From: Auanema rhodensis
Taxonomy: Eukaryota; Animalia; Nematoda
Assembly: GCA_964057225.1 (NCBI GenBank)
Contig: OZ059896.1
Coordinates: forward strand, 4,774,001-4,838,000
DNA: 64,000 nucleotides
Direction of reading: 5' to 3'
Shown: piece after piece, positions 29,101-44,100 of the stretch
How positions within the stretch are numbered: the stretch's first letter is position 1
Layout: each line of letters opens with the position of its first letter
Notes under the pieces: generated by a model
What the model was told of the DNA's origin: nothing
Seen by the model: the letters and a program-made list of their open reading frames with translations, nothing else
Databases searched by the model: none
Position numbers and translations under genes: made by a program

Positions 29101-32100
29101 AATTAGTTATGATCGTTTGAAAAATGATGCATTAGTGTATGTTGAGTTTCCATGTACACTCAAAATTGCTTCCAAAAACATTTTGACAAAAATTTTTTCG
29201 AAAAATTTCAAAATAATTTAGCAAAAAGTAGATGTTTTTAGATTCCTTTTTTCAAGGCAAAAACGATGGACAATGTTATTCAACGAAAAAATTATTTCTT
29301 CAGGGTGAAAATCGAGGATATAAGTGTAAACTTATATCAGTTGATATCTCGGTGCATTTTTAAGCTAGCGCAAATCTGATAACACAGATCGACGCAGCAT
29401 AAAAATCCGCATCGAATGCACTATACTACATTGAAAAAAGCTGAATACAAAAATTAGTTATGATCGTTTGAAAAATGATGCATTAGTGTATGTTGAGTTT
29501 CCATGTACACTCAAAATTGCTTCCAAAAACATTTTGACAAAAATTTTTTCGAAAAATTTCAAAATAATTTAGCAAAAAGTAGATGTTTTTAGATTCCTTT
29601 TTTCAAGGCAAAAACGATGGACAATGTTATTCAAAGAAAAAATTAATTCTTCAGGGTGAAAATCGAGGATATAAGTGTGAACTTATATCAGTTGATATCT
29701 CGGTGCATTTTTAAGCTAGCGCAAATCTGATAACACAGATCGACGCAGCTTAAAAATCCGCATCGAATGCACTAAACTTCATTGAGAAAAGCTTAATACA
29801 AAAATTAGTTATGATCGTTTGAAAAATGATGCATTAGTGTATGTTGAGTTTCCATGTACACTCAAAATTGCTTCCAAAAACATTTTGACAAAAATTTTTT
29901 CGAAAAATTTCAAGATAATTTAGCAGAAAGTAGATGTTTTTAGATTCCCTTTTTCAAGGCAAAAACGATGGACAATGTTATTCAACGAAAAAATTAATTC
30001 TTCAGGGTGAAAATCGAGGATATAAGTGTGAACTTATATCAGTTGATATCTCGGTGCATTTTTAAGCTAGCGCAAATCTGATAACACAGATCGACGCAGC
30101 TTAAAAATCCGCATCGAATGCACTATACTACATTGAGAAAAGCTAAATACAAAAATTAGTTATGATCGTTTGAAAAATGATGCATTAGTGTATGTTGAGT
30201 TTCCATGTACACTCAAAATTGCTTCCAAAAACATTTTGACAAAAATTTTTTCGAAAAATTTGAGAATAATTTAGCAAAAAGTAGATGTTTTTAGATTCCT
30301 TTTTTCAAGGCAAAAACGATAGACAATGTTATTCAACGAAAAAATTAATTCTTCAGGGTGAAAATCGAGGATATAGGTGTGAACTTATATCAGTTGATAT
30401 CTCGGTGCATTTTCAAGCTAGCGCAAATCTGATAACACAGATCGACGCAGCTTAAAAATCCGCATCGAATGCACTATACTACACTGAGAAAAGCTAAATA
30501 CAAAAATTAGTTATGATCGTTTGAAAAATGATGCATTAGTGTATGTTGAGTTTCCATGTACACTCAAAATTGCTTCCAAAAACATTTTGACAAAAATTTT
30601 TTCGAAAAATTTGAGAATAATTTAGCAAAAAGTAGATGTTTTTAGATTCCTTTTTTCAAGGCAAAAACGATGGACAATGTTATTCAACGAAAAAATTAAT
30701 TCTTCAGGGTGAAAATCGAGGATATAAGTGTGAACTTATATCAGTTGATATCTCGGTGCATTTTTAAGCTAGCGCAAATCTGATAACACAGATCGACGCA
30801 GCTTAAAAATCCGCATCGAATGCACTAAACTTCATTGAGAAAAGCTTAATACAAAAATTAGTTATGATCGTTTGAAAAATGATGCATTAGTGTATGTTGA
30901 GTTTCCATGTACACTCAAAATTGCTTCCAAAAACATTTTGACAAAAATTTTTTCGAAAAATTTCAAGATAATTTAGCAGAAAGTAGATGTTTTTAGATTC
31001 CTTTTTTCAAGGCAAAAACGATGGACAATGTTATTCAACGAAAAAATTAATTCTTCAGGGTGAAAATCGAGGATATAAGTGTGAACTTATATCAGTTGAT
31101 ATCTCGGTGCATTTTTAAGCTAGCGCAAATCTGATAACACAGATCGACGCAGCTTAAAAATCCGCATCGAATGCACTATACTACATTGAGAAAAGCTAAA
31201 TACAAAAATTAGTTATGATCGTTTGAAAAATGATGCATTAGTGTATGTTGAGTTTCCATGTACACTCAAAATTGCTTCCAAAAACATTTTGACAAAAATT
31301 TTTTCGAAAAATTTGAGAATAATTTAGCAAAAAGTAGATGTTTTTAGATTCCTTTTTTCAAGGCAAAAACGATAGACAATGTTATTCAACGAAAAAATTA
31401 ATTCTTCAGGGTGAAAATCGAGGATATAGGTGTGAACTTATATCAGTTGATATCTCGGTGCATTTTCAAGCTAGCGCAAATCTGATAGTACAGATCGACG
31501 CAGCTTAAAAATCCGCATCGAATGCACTATACTACATTGAGAAACGCTTAATACAAAAATTAGTTATGATCGTTTGAAAAATGATGCATTAGTGTATGTT
31601 GAGTTTCCATGTACACTCAAAATTGCTTCCAAAAACATTTTGACAAAAATTTTTTCGAAAAATTTCAAAATAATTTAGCAAAAAGTAGATGTTTTTAGAT
31701 TCCTTTCTTCAAGGCAAAAACGATGGACAATGTTATTCAACGAAAAAATTAATTCTTCAGGGTGAAAATCGAGGATATAAGTGTGAACTTATATCAGTTG
31801 ATATCTCGGTGCATTTTTAAGCTAGCGCAAATCTGATAACACAGATCGACGCAGCTTAAAAATCCGCATCGAATGCACTATATTACATTGAGAAAAGCTA
31901 AATACAAAAATTAGTTATGATCGTTTGAAAAATGATGCATTAGTGTATGTTGAGTTTCCATGTACACTCAAAATTGCTTCCAAAAACATTTTGACAAAAA
32001 TTTTTTCGAAAAATTTCAAAATAATTTAGCAAAAAGTAGAGTTTTTAGATTCCTTTTTTCAAGGCAAAAACGATGGACAATGTTATTCAACGAAAAAATT

Positions 32101-35100
32101 ATTTCTTCAGGGTGAAAATCGAGGATATAAGTGTAAACATATATCAGTTGATATCTCGGTGCATTTTTAAGCTAGCGCAAATCTGATAACACAGATCGAC
32201 GCAGCATAAAAATCCGCATCGAATGCACTATACTACATTGAAAAAAGCTGAATACAAAAATTAGTTATGATCGTTTGAAAAATGATGCATTAGTGTATGT
32301 TGAGTTTCCATGTACACTCAAAATTGCTTCCAAAAACATTTTGACAAAAACTTTTTCGAAAAATTTCAAAATAATTTAGCAAAAAGTAGATGTTTTTAGA
32401 TTCCTTTTTTCAAGGCAAAAACGATGGACAATGTTATTCAACGAAAAAATTAATTCTTCAGGGTGAAAATCGAGGATATAAGTGTGAACTTATATCAGTT
32501 GATATCTCGGTGCATTTTTAAGCTAGCGCAAATCTGATAACACAGATCGACGCAGCATAAAAATCCGCATCGAATGCACTATACTACATTGAAAAAAGCT
32601 TAATACAAAAATTAGTTATGATCGTTTGAAAAATGATGCATTAGTGTATGTTGAGTTTCCATGTACACTCAAAATTGCTTCCAAAAACATTTTGACAAAA
32701 ATTTTTTCGAAAAATTTGAGAATAATTTAGCAAAAAGTGGATGTTTTTAGATTCCTTTTTTCAAGGCAAAAACGATGGACAATGTTATTCAACGAAAAAA
32801 TTAATTCTTCAGGGTGAAAATCGAGGATATAAGTGTGAACTTATATCAGTTGATATCTCGGTGCATTTTTAAGCTAGCGCAAATCTGATAACACAGATCG
32901 ACGCAGCTTAAAAATCCGCATCGAATGCACTAAACTTCATTGAGAAAAGCTTAATACAAAAATTAGTTATGATCGTTTGAAAAATGATGCATTAGTGTAT
33001 GTTGAGTTTCCATGTACACTCAAAATTGCTTCCAAAAACATTTTGACAAAAATTTTTTCGAAAAATTTCAAGATAATTTAGCAGAAAGTAGATGTTTTTA
33101 GATTCCTTTTTTCAAGGCAAAAACGATGGACAATGTTATTCAACGAAAAAATTAATTCTTCAGGGTGAAAATCGAGGATATAAGTGTGAACTTATATCAG
33201 TTGATATCTCGGTGCATTTTTAAGCTAGCGCAAATCTGATAACACAGATCGACGCAGCTTAAAAATCCGCATCGAATGCACTATACTACATTGAGAAAAG
33301 CTAAATACAAAAATTAGTTATGATCGTTTGAAAAATGATGCATTAGTGTATGTTGAGTTTCCATGTACACTCAAAATTGCTTCCAAAAACATTTTGACAA
33401 AAATTTTTTCGAAAAATTTGAGAATAATTTAGCAAAAAGTAGATGTTTTTAGATTCCTTTTTTCAAGGCAAAAACGATAGACAATGTTATTCAACGAAAA
33501 AATTAATTCTTCAGGGTGAAAATCGAGGATATAGGTGTGAACTTATATCAGTTGATATCTCGGTGCATTTTCAAGCTAGCGCAAATCTGATAGTACAGAT
33601 CGACGCAGCTTAAAAATCCGCATCGAATGCACTATATTACATTGAGAAAAGCTAAATACAAAAATTAGTTATGATCGTTTGAAAAATGATGCATTAGTGT
33701 ATGTTGAGTTTCCATGTACACTCAAAATTGCTTCCAAAAACATTTTGACAAAAATTTTTTCGAAAAATTTCAAAATAATTTAGCAAAAAGTAGATGTTTT
33801 TAGATTCCTTTTTTCAAGGCAAAAACGATGGACAATGTTATTCAACGAAAAAATTATTTCTTCAGGGTGAAAATCGAGGATATAAGTGTAAACATATATC
33901 AGTTGATATCTCGGTGCATTTTTAAGCTAGCGCAAATCTGATAACACAGATCGACGCAGCATAAAAATCCGCATCGAATGCACTATACTACATTGAAAAA
34001 AGCTGAATACAAAAATTAGTTATGATCGTTTGAAAAATGATGCATTAGTGTATGTTGAGTTTCCATGTACACTCAAAATTGCTTCCAAAAACATTTTGAC
34101 AAAAACTTTTTCGAAAAATTTCAAAATAATTTAGCAAAAAGTAGATGTTTTTAGATTCCTTTTTTCAAGGCAAAAACGATGGACAATGTTATTCAACGAA
34201 AAAATTAATTCTTCAGGGTGAAAATCGAGGATATAAGTGTGAACTTATATCAGTTGATATCTCGGTGCATTTTTAAGCTAGCGCAAATCTGATAACACAG
34301 ATCGACGCAGCATAAAAATCCGCATCGAATGCACTATACTACATTGAAAAAAGCTTAATACAAAAATTAGTTATGATCGTTTGAAAAATGATGCATTAGT
34401 GTATGTTGAGTTTCCATGTACACTCAAAATTGCTTCCAAAAACATTTTGACAAAAATTTTTTCGAAAAATTTGAGAATAATTTAGCAAAAAGTAGATGTT
34501 TTTAGATTCCTTTTTTCAAGGCAAAAACGATAGACAATGTTATTCAACGAAAAAATTAATTCTTCAGGGTGAAAATCGAGGATATAGGTGTGAACTTATA
34601 TCAGTTGATATCTCGGTGCATTTTTGAGCTAGCGCAAATCTGATAACACAGATCGACGCAGCTTAAAAATCCGCATCGAATGCACTATACTACATTGAGA
34701 AAAGCTAAATACAAAAATTAGTTATGATCGTTTGAAAAATGATGCATTAGTGTATGTTGAGTTTCCATGTACACTCAAAATTGCTTCCAAAAACATTTTG
34801 ACAAAAATTTTTTCGAAAAATTTCAAAATAATTTAGCAAAAAGTAGATGTTTTTAGATTCCTTTCTTCAAGGCAAAAACGATGGACAATGTTATTCAACG
34901 AAAAAATTAATTCTTCAGGGTGAAAATCGAGGATATAAGTGTGAACTTATATCAGTTGATATCTCGGTGCATTTTTAAGCTAGCGCAAATCTGATAACAC
35001 AGATCGACGCAGCATAAAAATCCGCATCGAATGCACTATACTACATTGAAAAAAGCTTAATACAAAAATTAGTTATGATCGTTTGAAAAATGATGCATTA

Positions 35101-38100
35101 GTGTATGTTGAGTTTCCATGTACACTCAAAATTGCTTCCAAAAACATTTTGACAAAAATTTTTTCGAAAAATTTGAGAATAATTTAGCAAAAAGTAGATG
35201 TTTTTAGATTCCTTTTTTCAAGGCAAAAACGATAGACAATGTTATTCAACGAAAAAATTAATTCTTCAGGGTGAAAATCGAGGATATAGGTGTGAACTTA
35301 TATCAGTTGATATCTCGGTGCATTTTTGAGCTAGCGCAAATCTGATAACACAGATCGACGCAGCTTAAAAATCCGCATCGAATGCACTATACTACATTGA
35401 GAAAAGCTAAATACAAAAATTAGTTATGATCGTTTGAAAAATGATGCATTAGTGTATGTTGAGTTTCCATGTACACTCAAAATTGCTTCCAAAAACATTT
35501 TGACAAAAATTTTTTCGAAAAATTTCAAAATAATTTAGCAAAAAGTAGATGTTTTTAGATTCCTTTCTTCAAGGCAAAAACGATGGACAATGTTATTCAA
35601 CGAAAAAATTAATTCTTCAGGGTGAAAATCGAGGATATAAGTGTGAACTTATATCAGTTGATATCTCGGTGCATTTTTAAGCTAGCGCAAATCTGATAAC
35701 ACAGATCGACGCAGCTTAAAAATCCGCATCGAATGCACTATATTACATTGAGAAAAGCTAAATACAAAAATTAGTTATGATCGTTTGAAAAATGATGCAT
35801 TAGTGTATGTTGAGTTTCCATGTACACTCAAAATTGCTTCCAAAAACATTTTGACAAAAATTTTTTCGAAAAATTTCAAAAAAATTTAGCAAAAAGTAGA
35901 TGGTTTTAGATTCCTTTTTTCAAGGCAAAAACGATGGACAATGTTATTCAACGAAAAAATTATTTCTTCAGGGTGAAAATCGAGGATATAAGTGTAAACA
36001 TATATCAGTTGATATCTCGGTGCATTTTTAAGCTAGCGCAAATCTGATAACACAGATCGACGCAGCATAAAAATCCGCATCGAATGCACTATACTACATT
36101 GAAAAAAGCTGAATACAAAAATTAGTTATGATCGTTTGAAAAATGATGCATTAGTGTATGTTGAGTTTCCATGTACACTCAAAATTGCTTCCAAAAACAT
36201 TTTGACAAAAACTTTTTCGAAAAATTTCAAAATAATTTAGCAAAAAGTAGATGTTTTTAGATTCCTTTTTTCAAGGCAAAAACGATGGACAATGTTATTC
36301 AACGAAAAAATTAATTCTTCAGGGTGAAAATCGAGGATATAAGTGTGAACTTATATCAGTTGATATCTCGGTGCATTTTTAAGCTAGCGCAAATCTGATA
36401 ACACAGATCGACGCAGCATAAAAATCCGCATCGAATGCACTATACTACATTGAAAAAAGCTTAATACAAAAATTAGTTATGATCGTTTGAAAAATGATGC
36501 ATTAGTGTATGTTGAGTTTCCATGTACACTCAAAATTGCTTCCAAAAACATTTTGACAAAAATTTTTTCGAAAAATTTGAGAATAATTTAGCAAAAAGTG
36601 GATGTTTTTAGATTCCTTTTTTCAAGGCAAAAACGATGGACAATGTTATTCAACGAAAAAATTAATTTTTCAGGGTGAAAATCGAGGATATAAGTGTGAA
36701 CTTATATCAGTTGATATCTCGGTGCATTTTTAAGCTAGCGCAAATCTGATAACACAGATCGACGCAGCTTAAAAATCCGCATCGAATGCACTAAACTTCA
36801 TTGAGAAAAGCTTAATACAAAAATTAGTTATGATCGTTTGAAAAATGATGCATTAGTGTATGTTGAGTTTCCATGTACACTCAAAATTGCTTCCAAAAAC
36901 ATTTTGACAAAAATTTTTTCGAAAAATTTCAAGATAATTTAGCAGAAAGTAGATGTTTTTAGATTCCTTTTTTCAAGGCAAAAACGATGGACAATGTTAT
37001 TCAACGAAAAAATTAATTCTTCAGGGTGAAAATCGAGGATATAAGTGTGAACTTATATCAGTTGATATCTCGGTGCATTTTTAAGCTAGCGCAAATCTGA
37101 TAACACAGATCGACGCAGCTTAAAAATCCGCATCGAATGCACTATACTACATTGAGAAAAGCTAAATACAAAAATTAGTTATGATCGTTTGAAAAATGAT
37201 GCATTAGTGTATGTTGAGTTTCCATGTACACTCAAAATTGCTTCCAAAAACATTTTGACAAGAATTTTTTCGAAAAATTTCAAGATAATTTAGCAAAAAG
37301 TAGATGTTTTTAGATTCCTTTTTTCAAGGCAAAAACGATGGACAATGTTATTCAACGAAAAAATTAATTCTTCAGGGTGAAAATCGAGGATATAAGTGTG
37401 AACTTATATTAGTTGATATCTCGGTGCATTTTTAAGCTAGCGCAAATCTGATAACACAGATCGACGCAGCTTAAAAATCCGCATCGAATGCACTAAACTT
37501 CATTGAGAAAAGCTTAATACAAAAATTAGTTATGATCGTTTGAAAAATGATGCATTAGTGTATGTTGAGTTTCCATGTACACTCAAAATTGCTTCCAAAA
37601 ACATTTTGACAAAAATTTTTTCGAAAAATTTCAAGATAATTTAGCAGAAAGTAGATGTTTTTAGATTCCTTTTTTCAAGGCAAAAACGATGGACAATGTT
37701 ATTCAACGAAAAAATTAATTCTTCAGGGTGAAAATCGAGGATATAAGTGTGAACTTATATCAGTTGATATCTCGGTGCATTTTTAAGCTAGCGCAAATCT
37801 GATAACACAGATCGACGCAGCTTAAAAATCCGCATCGAATGCACTATACTACATTGAGAAAAGCTAAATACAAAAATTAGTTATGATCGTTTGAAAAATG
37901 ATGCATTAGTGTATGTTGAGTTTCCATGTACACTCAAAATTGCTTCCAAAAACATTTTGACAAGAATTTTTTCGAAAAATTTCAAGATAATTTAGCAGAA
38001 AGTAGATGTTTTTAGATTCCTTTTTTCAAGGCAAAAACGATGGACAATGTTATTCAACGAAAAAATTAATTCTTCAGGGTGAAAATCGAGGATATAAGTG

Positions 38101-41100
38101 TGAACTTATATTAGTTGATATCTCGGTGCATTTTTAAGCTAGCGCAAATCTGATAACACAGATCGACGCAGCTTAAAAATCCGCATCGAATGCACTATAC
38201 TACATTGAGAAAAGCTAAATACAAAAATTAGTTATGATCGTTTGAAAAATGATGCATTAGTGTATGTTGAGTTTCCATGTACACTCAAAATTGCTTCCAA
38301 AAACATTTTGACAAAAATTTTTTCGAAAAATTTGAGAATAATTTAGCAAAAAGTAGATGTTTTTAGATTCCTTTTTTCAAGGCAAAAACGATAGACAATG
38401 TTATTCAACGAAAAAATTAATTCTTCAGGGTGAAAATCGAGGATATAGGTGTGAACTTATATCAGTTGATATCTCGGTGCATTTTCAAGCTAGCGCAAAT
38501 CTGATAACACAGATCGACGCAGCTTAAAAATCCGCATCGAATGCACTAAACTTCATTGAGAAAAGCTTAATACAAAAATTAGTTATGATCGTTTGAAAAA
38601 TGATGCATTAGTGTATGTTGAGTTTCCATGTACACTCAAAATTGCTTCCAAAAACATTTTGACAAAAATTTTTTCGAAAAATTTCAAGATAATTTAGCAG
38701 AAAGTAGATGTTTTTAGATTCCTTTTTTCAAGGCAAAAACGATGGACAATGTTATTCAACGAAAAAATTAATTCTTCAGGGTGAAAATCGAGGATATAAG
38801 TGTGAACTTATATCAGTTGATATCTCGGTGCATTTTTAAGCTAGCGCAAATCTGATAACACAGATCGACGCAGCATAAAAATCCGCATCGAATGCACTAT
38901 ACTACATTGAAAAAAGCTGAATACAAAAATTAGTTATGATCGTTTGAAAAATGATGCATTAGTGTATGTTGAGTTTCCATGTACACTCAAAATTGCTTCC
39001 AAAAACATTTTGACAAAAATTTTTTCGAAAAATTTCAAAATAATTTAGCAAAAAGTAGATGTTCTTAGATTCCTTTTTTCAAGGCAAAAACGATGGACAA
39101 TGTTATTCAACGAAAAAATTAATTCTTCAGGGTGAAAATCGAGGATATAAGTGTGAACTTATATCAGTTGATATCTCGGTGCATTTTTAAGCTAGCGCAA
39201 ATCTGATAGTACAGATCGACGCAGCTTAAAAATCCGCATCGAATGCACTATACTACATTGAGAAACGCTTAATACAAAAATTAGTTATGATCGTTTGAAA
39301 AATGATGCATTAGTGTATGTTGAGTTTCCATGTACACTCAAAATTGCTTCCAAAAACATTTTGACAAAAATTTTTTCGAAAAATTTGAGAATAATTTAGC
39401 AAAAAGTGGATGTTTTTAGATTCCTTTTTTCAAGGCAAAAACGATGGACAATGTTATTCAACGAAAAAATTAATTTTTCAGGGTGAAAATCGAGGATATA
39501 AGTGTGAACTTATATCAGTTGATATCTCGGTGCATTTTTAAGCTAGCGCAAATCTGATAACACAGATCGACGCAGCTTAAAAATCCGCATCGAATGCACT
39601 AAACTTCATTGAGAAAAGCTTAATACAAAAATTAGTTATGATCGTTTGAAAAATGATGCATTAGTGTATGTTGAGTTTCCATGTACACTCAAAATTGCTT
39701 CCAAAAACATTTTGACAAAAATTTTTTCGAAAAATTTCAAGATAATTTAGCAGAAAGTAGATGTTTTTAGATTCCTTTTTTCAAGGCAAAAACGATGGAC
39801 AATGTTATTCAACGAAAAAATTAATTCTTCAGGGTGAAAATCGAGGATATAAGTGTGAACTTATATCAGTTGATATCTCGGTGCATTTTTAAGCTAGCGC
39901 AAATCTGATAACACAGATCGACGCAGCTTAAAAATCCGCATCGAATGCACTATACTACATTGAGAAAAGCTAAATACAAAAATTAGTTATGATCGTTTGA
40001 AAAATGATGCATTAGTGTATGTTGAGTTTCCATGTACACTCAAAATTGCTTCCAAAAACATTTTGACAAAAATTTTTTCGAAAAATTTGAGAATAATTTA
40101 GCAAAAAGTAGATGTTTTTAGATTCCTTTTTTCAAGGCAAAAACGATAGACAATGTTATTCAACGAAAAAATTAATTCTTCAGGGTGAAAATCGAGGATA
40201 TAGGTGTGAACTTATATCAGTTGATATCTCGGTGCATTTTCAAGCTAGCGCAAATCTGATAACACAGATCGACGCAGCTTAAAAATCCGCATCGAATGCA
40301 CTAAACTTCATTGAGAAAAGCTTAATACAAAAATTAGTTATGATCGTTTGAAAAATGATGCATTAGTGTATGTTGAGTTTCCATGTACACTCAAAATTGC
40401 TTCCAAAAACATTTTGACAAAAATTTTTTCGAAAAATTTCAAGATAATTTAGCAGAAAGTAGATGTTTTTAGATTCCTTTTTTCAAGGCAAAAACGATGG
40501 ACAATGTTATTCAACGAAAAAATTAATTCTTCAGGGTGAAAATCGAGGATATAAGTGTGAACTTATATCAGTTGATATCTCGGTGCATTTTTAAGCTAGC
40601 GCAAATCTGATAACACAGATCGACGCAGCTTAAAAATCCGCATCGAATGCACTATACTACATTGAGAAAAGCTAAATACAAAAATTAGTTATGATCGTTT
40701 GAAAAATGATGCATTAGTGTATGTTGAGTTTCCATGTACACTCAAAATTGCTTCCAAAAACATTTTGACAAAAATTTTTTCGAAAAATTTGAGAATAATT
40801 TAGCAAAAAGTAGATGTTTTTAGATTCCTTTTTTCAAGGCAAAAACGATAGACAATGTTATTCAACGAAAAAATTAATTCTTCAGGGTGAAAATCGAGGA
40901 TATAGGTGTGAACTTATATCAGTTGATATCTCGGTGCATTTTCAAGCTAGCGCAAATCTGATAGTACAGATCGACGCAGCTTAAAAATCCGCATCGAATG
41001 CACTATATTACATTGAGAAAAGCTAAATACAAAAATTAGTTATGATCGTTTGAAAAATGATGCATTAGTGTATGTTGAGTTTCCATGTACACTCAAAATT

Positions 41101-44100
41101 GCTTCCAAAAACATTTTGACAAAAATTTTTTCGAAAAATTTCAGAATAATTTAGCAAAAAGTAGATGTTTTTAGATTCCTTTTTTCAAGGCAAAAACGAT
41201 GGACAATGTTATTCAACGAAAAAATTATTTCTTCAGGGTGAAAATCGAGGATATAAGTGTAAACTTATATCAGTTGATATCTCGGTGCATTTTTAAGCTA
41301 GCGCAAATCTGATAACACAGATCGACGCAGCTTAAAAATCCGCATCGAATGCACTATACTACATTGAGAAACGCTTAATACAAAAATTAGTTATGATCGT
41401 TTGAAAAATGATGCATTAGTGTATGTTGAGTTTCCATGTACACTCAAAATTGCTTCCAAAAACATTTTGACAAAAATTTTTTCGAAAAATTTCAAAATAA
41501 TTTAGCAAAAAGTAGATGTTTTTAGATTCCTTTTTTCAAGGCAAAAACGATAGACAATGTTATTTAACGAAAAAATTAATTCTTCAGGGTGAAAATCGAG
41601 GATATAGGTGTGAACTTATATCAGTTGATATCTCGGTGCATTTTCAAGCTAGCGCAAATCTGATAGTACAGATCGACGCAGCTTAAAAATCCGCATCGAA
41701 TGCACTATACTACATTGAGAAACGCTTAATACAAAAATTAGTTATGATCGTTTGAAAAATGATGCATTAGTGTATGTTGAGTTTCCATGTACACTCAAAA
41801 TTGCTTCCAAAAACATTTTGACAAAAATTTTTTCGAAAAATTTCAAAATAATTTAGCAAAAAGTAGATGTTTTTAGATTCCTTTTTTCAAGGCAAAAACG
41901 ATAGACAATGTTATTTAACGAAAAAATTAATTCTTCAGGGTGAAAATCGAGGATATAGGTGTGAACTTATATCAGTTGATATCTCGGTGCATTTTCAAGC
42001 TAGCGCAAATCTGATAGTACAGATCGACGCAGCTTAAAAATCCGCATCGAATGCACTATACTACATTGAGAAACGCTAAATACAAAAATTAGTTATGATC
42101 GTTTGAAAAATGATGCATTAGTGTATGTTGAGTTTCCATGTACACTCAAAATTGCTTCCAAAAACATTTTGACAAAAATTTTTTCGAAAAATTTCAAAAT
42201 AATTTAGCAAAAAGTAGATGTTTTTAGATTCCTTTTTTCAAGGCAAAAACGATGGACAATGTTATTCAACGAAAAAATTATTTCTTCAGGGTGAAAATCG
42301 AGGATATAAGTGTGAACTTATATCAGTTGATATCTCGGTGCATTTTTAAGCTAGCGCAAATCTGATAACACAGATCGACGCAGCTTAAAAATCCGCATCG
42401 AATGCACTATATTACATTGAGAAAAGCTAAATACAAATATTAGTTATGATCGTTTGAAAAATGATGCATTAGTGTATGTTGAGTTTCCATGTACACTCAA
42501 AATTGCTTCCAAAAACATTTTGACAAAAATTTTTTCGAAAAATTTCAAAATAATTTAGCAAAAAGTAGATGTTTTTAGATTCCTTTTTTCAAGGCAAAAA
42601 CGATGGACAATGTTATTCAACGAAAAAATTAATTCTTCAGGGTGAAAATCGAGGATATAAGTGTGAACTTATATCAGTTGATATCTCGGTGCATTTTTAA
42701 GCTAGCGCAAATCTGATAACACAGATGGACGCAGCTTAAAAATCCGCATCGAATGCACTATATAACATTGAGAAAAGCTAAATACAAAAATTAGTTATGA
42801 TCGTTTGAAAAATGATGCATTAGTGTATGTTGAGTTTCCATGTACACTCAAAATTGCTTCCAAAAACATTTTGACAAAAATTTTTTCGAAAAATTTCAAA
42901 ATAATTTAGCAAAAAGTAGATGTTTTTAGATTCCTTTTTTCAAGGCAAAAACGATAGACAATGTTATTTAACGAAAAAATTAATTCTTCAGGGTGAAAAT
43001 CGAGGATATAGGTGTGAACTTATATCAGTTGATATCTCGGTGCATTTTCAAGCTAGCGCAAATCTGATAGTACAGATCGACGCAGCTTAAAAATCCGCAT
43101 CGAATGCACTATACTACATTGAGAAACGCTAAATACAAAAATTAGTTATGATCGTTTGAAAAATGATGCATTAGTGTATGTTGAGTTTCCATGTACACTC
43201 AAAATTGCTTCCAAAAACATTTTGACAAAAATTTTTTCAAAAAATTTCAAAATAATTTAGCGAAAAGTAGATGTTTTTAGATTCCTTTTTTCAAGGCAAA
43301 AACGATGGACAATGTTATTCAACGAAAAAATTAATTCTTCAGGGTGAAAATCGAGGATATAGGTGTGAACTTATATCAGTTGATATCTCGGTGCATTTTT
43401 AAGCTAGCGCAAATCTGATAGTACAGATCGACGCAGCTTAAAAATCCGCATCGAATGCACTATACTACATTGAGAAACGCTTAATACAAAAATAAGTTAT
43501 GATCGTTTGAAAAATGATGCATTAGTGTATGTTGAGTTTCCATGTACACTCAAAATTGCTTCCAAAAACATTTTGACAAAAATTTTTTCGAAAAATTTCA
43601 AAATAATTTAGCAAAAAGTAGATGTTTTTAGATTCCTTTTTTCAAGGCAAAAACGATGGACAATGTTATTCAACGAAAAAATTAATTCTTCAGGGTGAAA
43701 ATCGAGGATATAGGTGTGAACTTATATCAGTTGATATCTCGGTGCATTTTCAAGCCAGCGCAAATCTGATAGTACACATCGACGCAGCTTAAAAATCCGC
43801 ATCGAATGCACTATACTACATTGAGAAACGCTTAATACAAAAATAAGTTATGATCGTTTGAAAAATGATGCATTAGTGTATGTTGAGTTTCCATGTACAC
43901 TCAAAATTGCTTCCAAAAACATTTTGACAAAAATTTTTTCGAAAAATTTCAAAATAATTTAGCAAAAAGTAGATGTTTTTAGATTCCTTTTTTCAAGGCA
44001 AAAACGATGGACAATGTTATTCAACGAAAAAATTAATTCTTCAGGGTGAAAATCGAGGATATAGGTGTGAACTTATATCAGTTGATATCTCGGTGCATTT